Assembly (NCBI GenBank): GCA_002269645.1
Contig: NIVC01000910.1
Coordinates: 322,944-386,943, forward strand
Source: Macrostomum lignano
Lineage: Eukaryota
Direction: 5' to 3'
DNA: 64,000 bases
The position numbers were made by a program, and so were the translations under genes. Each line of letters opens with the position of its first letter. Within the stretch, counting starts at the first letter, position 1. The notes beneath the pieces were generated by a model. The model was not told where the DNA came from. It searched no databases and saw nothing but the letters and a program-made list of their open reading frames with translations. Below, piece by piece: positions 63,626 through 64,000 of this stretch.

Positions 63626-63751
63626 TCGAAGCTGCATGATGAAATTTTCAGTCCCGAATGCCTTGTAAAATCCATACTAAATAAACGTAAATCTCGCATT
63701 AACGTAGAATCGGCCTTTAAAAGTTTCGCAACTTCCACTCCATCTTGGCAG

Positions 63752-63889
63752 TTTTTTCGGCACATTCAGCGCAACGGCTGGATGGACTTCAACAAGCAGA
63801 AGGCCTCGGAGCCGCTGATGGACCCGGCCTCCGAGCGGCTGTTCATCGTGCTGCACAATTCTGGCTATCGGAGAATTGCCGCGCTCAGA
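63752..63889 (+). CDS. DPP6/10-like exon (phase 0 to 0); gene continues beyond the window
   Basis: ttggcag|TTT...AGA|gtgagt. FFRHIQRNGWMDFNKQKASEPLMDPASERLFIVLHNSGYRRIAALR. An alternative acceptor cattcag at 63769 is also in frame. Confidence 0.78.
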
Positions 63890-64000
63890 GTGAGTTGCCC
63901 AGCGCTCAGAGCTGTTGGCTTTTTTAATGAACAATGAAGGGCCTCTGGGAAAGGCGCCAAACTGAGGATGGCGCCAAATTGAGAACGGCGACAAATTGGT

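Noticed and set aside
61705-63889. Calling the DPP catalytically active or inactive
   Set aside because: The Glu motif (WVYEEE) is present in both active and inactive family members, and the GWSYG serine region lies beyond the window.

Overview
This is eukaryotic (metazoan) genomic DNA and extremely rich in tandem repeats. The repeat style and GC-rich short exons resemble a flatworm such as Macrostomum, but that is an inference only. Three host genes lie on the + strand. (1) The last two exons of a CASK/LIN-2-type MAGUK (guanylate-kinase domain), 455-1016. (2) An intronless alpha-2-adrenergic-like aminergic GPCR, 10847-11968. (3) A large DPP6/DPP10-like (dipeptidyl peptidase IV family, type II membrane) gene. 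Nine of its constitutive exons can be spliced in one open frame from 47805 to 63889, and the gene continues beyond the window. Upstream of its shared transmembrane exon, 21.7-44.7 kb holds at least six short ATG-initiated exons that all end in a phase-0 GT donor. They appear to be an array of alternative first exons giving different cytoplasmic N-termini, and this is the most interesting signal in the window. Mobile DNA includes a near-complete Ty3/Gypsy element with mismatched LTRs, a 3.8-kb foldback element carrying a nested solo LTR, a 1.8-kb TA-flanked non-autonomous DNA transposon and tRNA-derived SINEs. There are about 30 micro/minisatellite arrays. Most ORFs in the supplied track are repeat artefacts.
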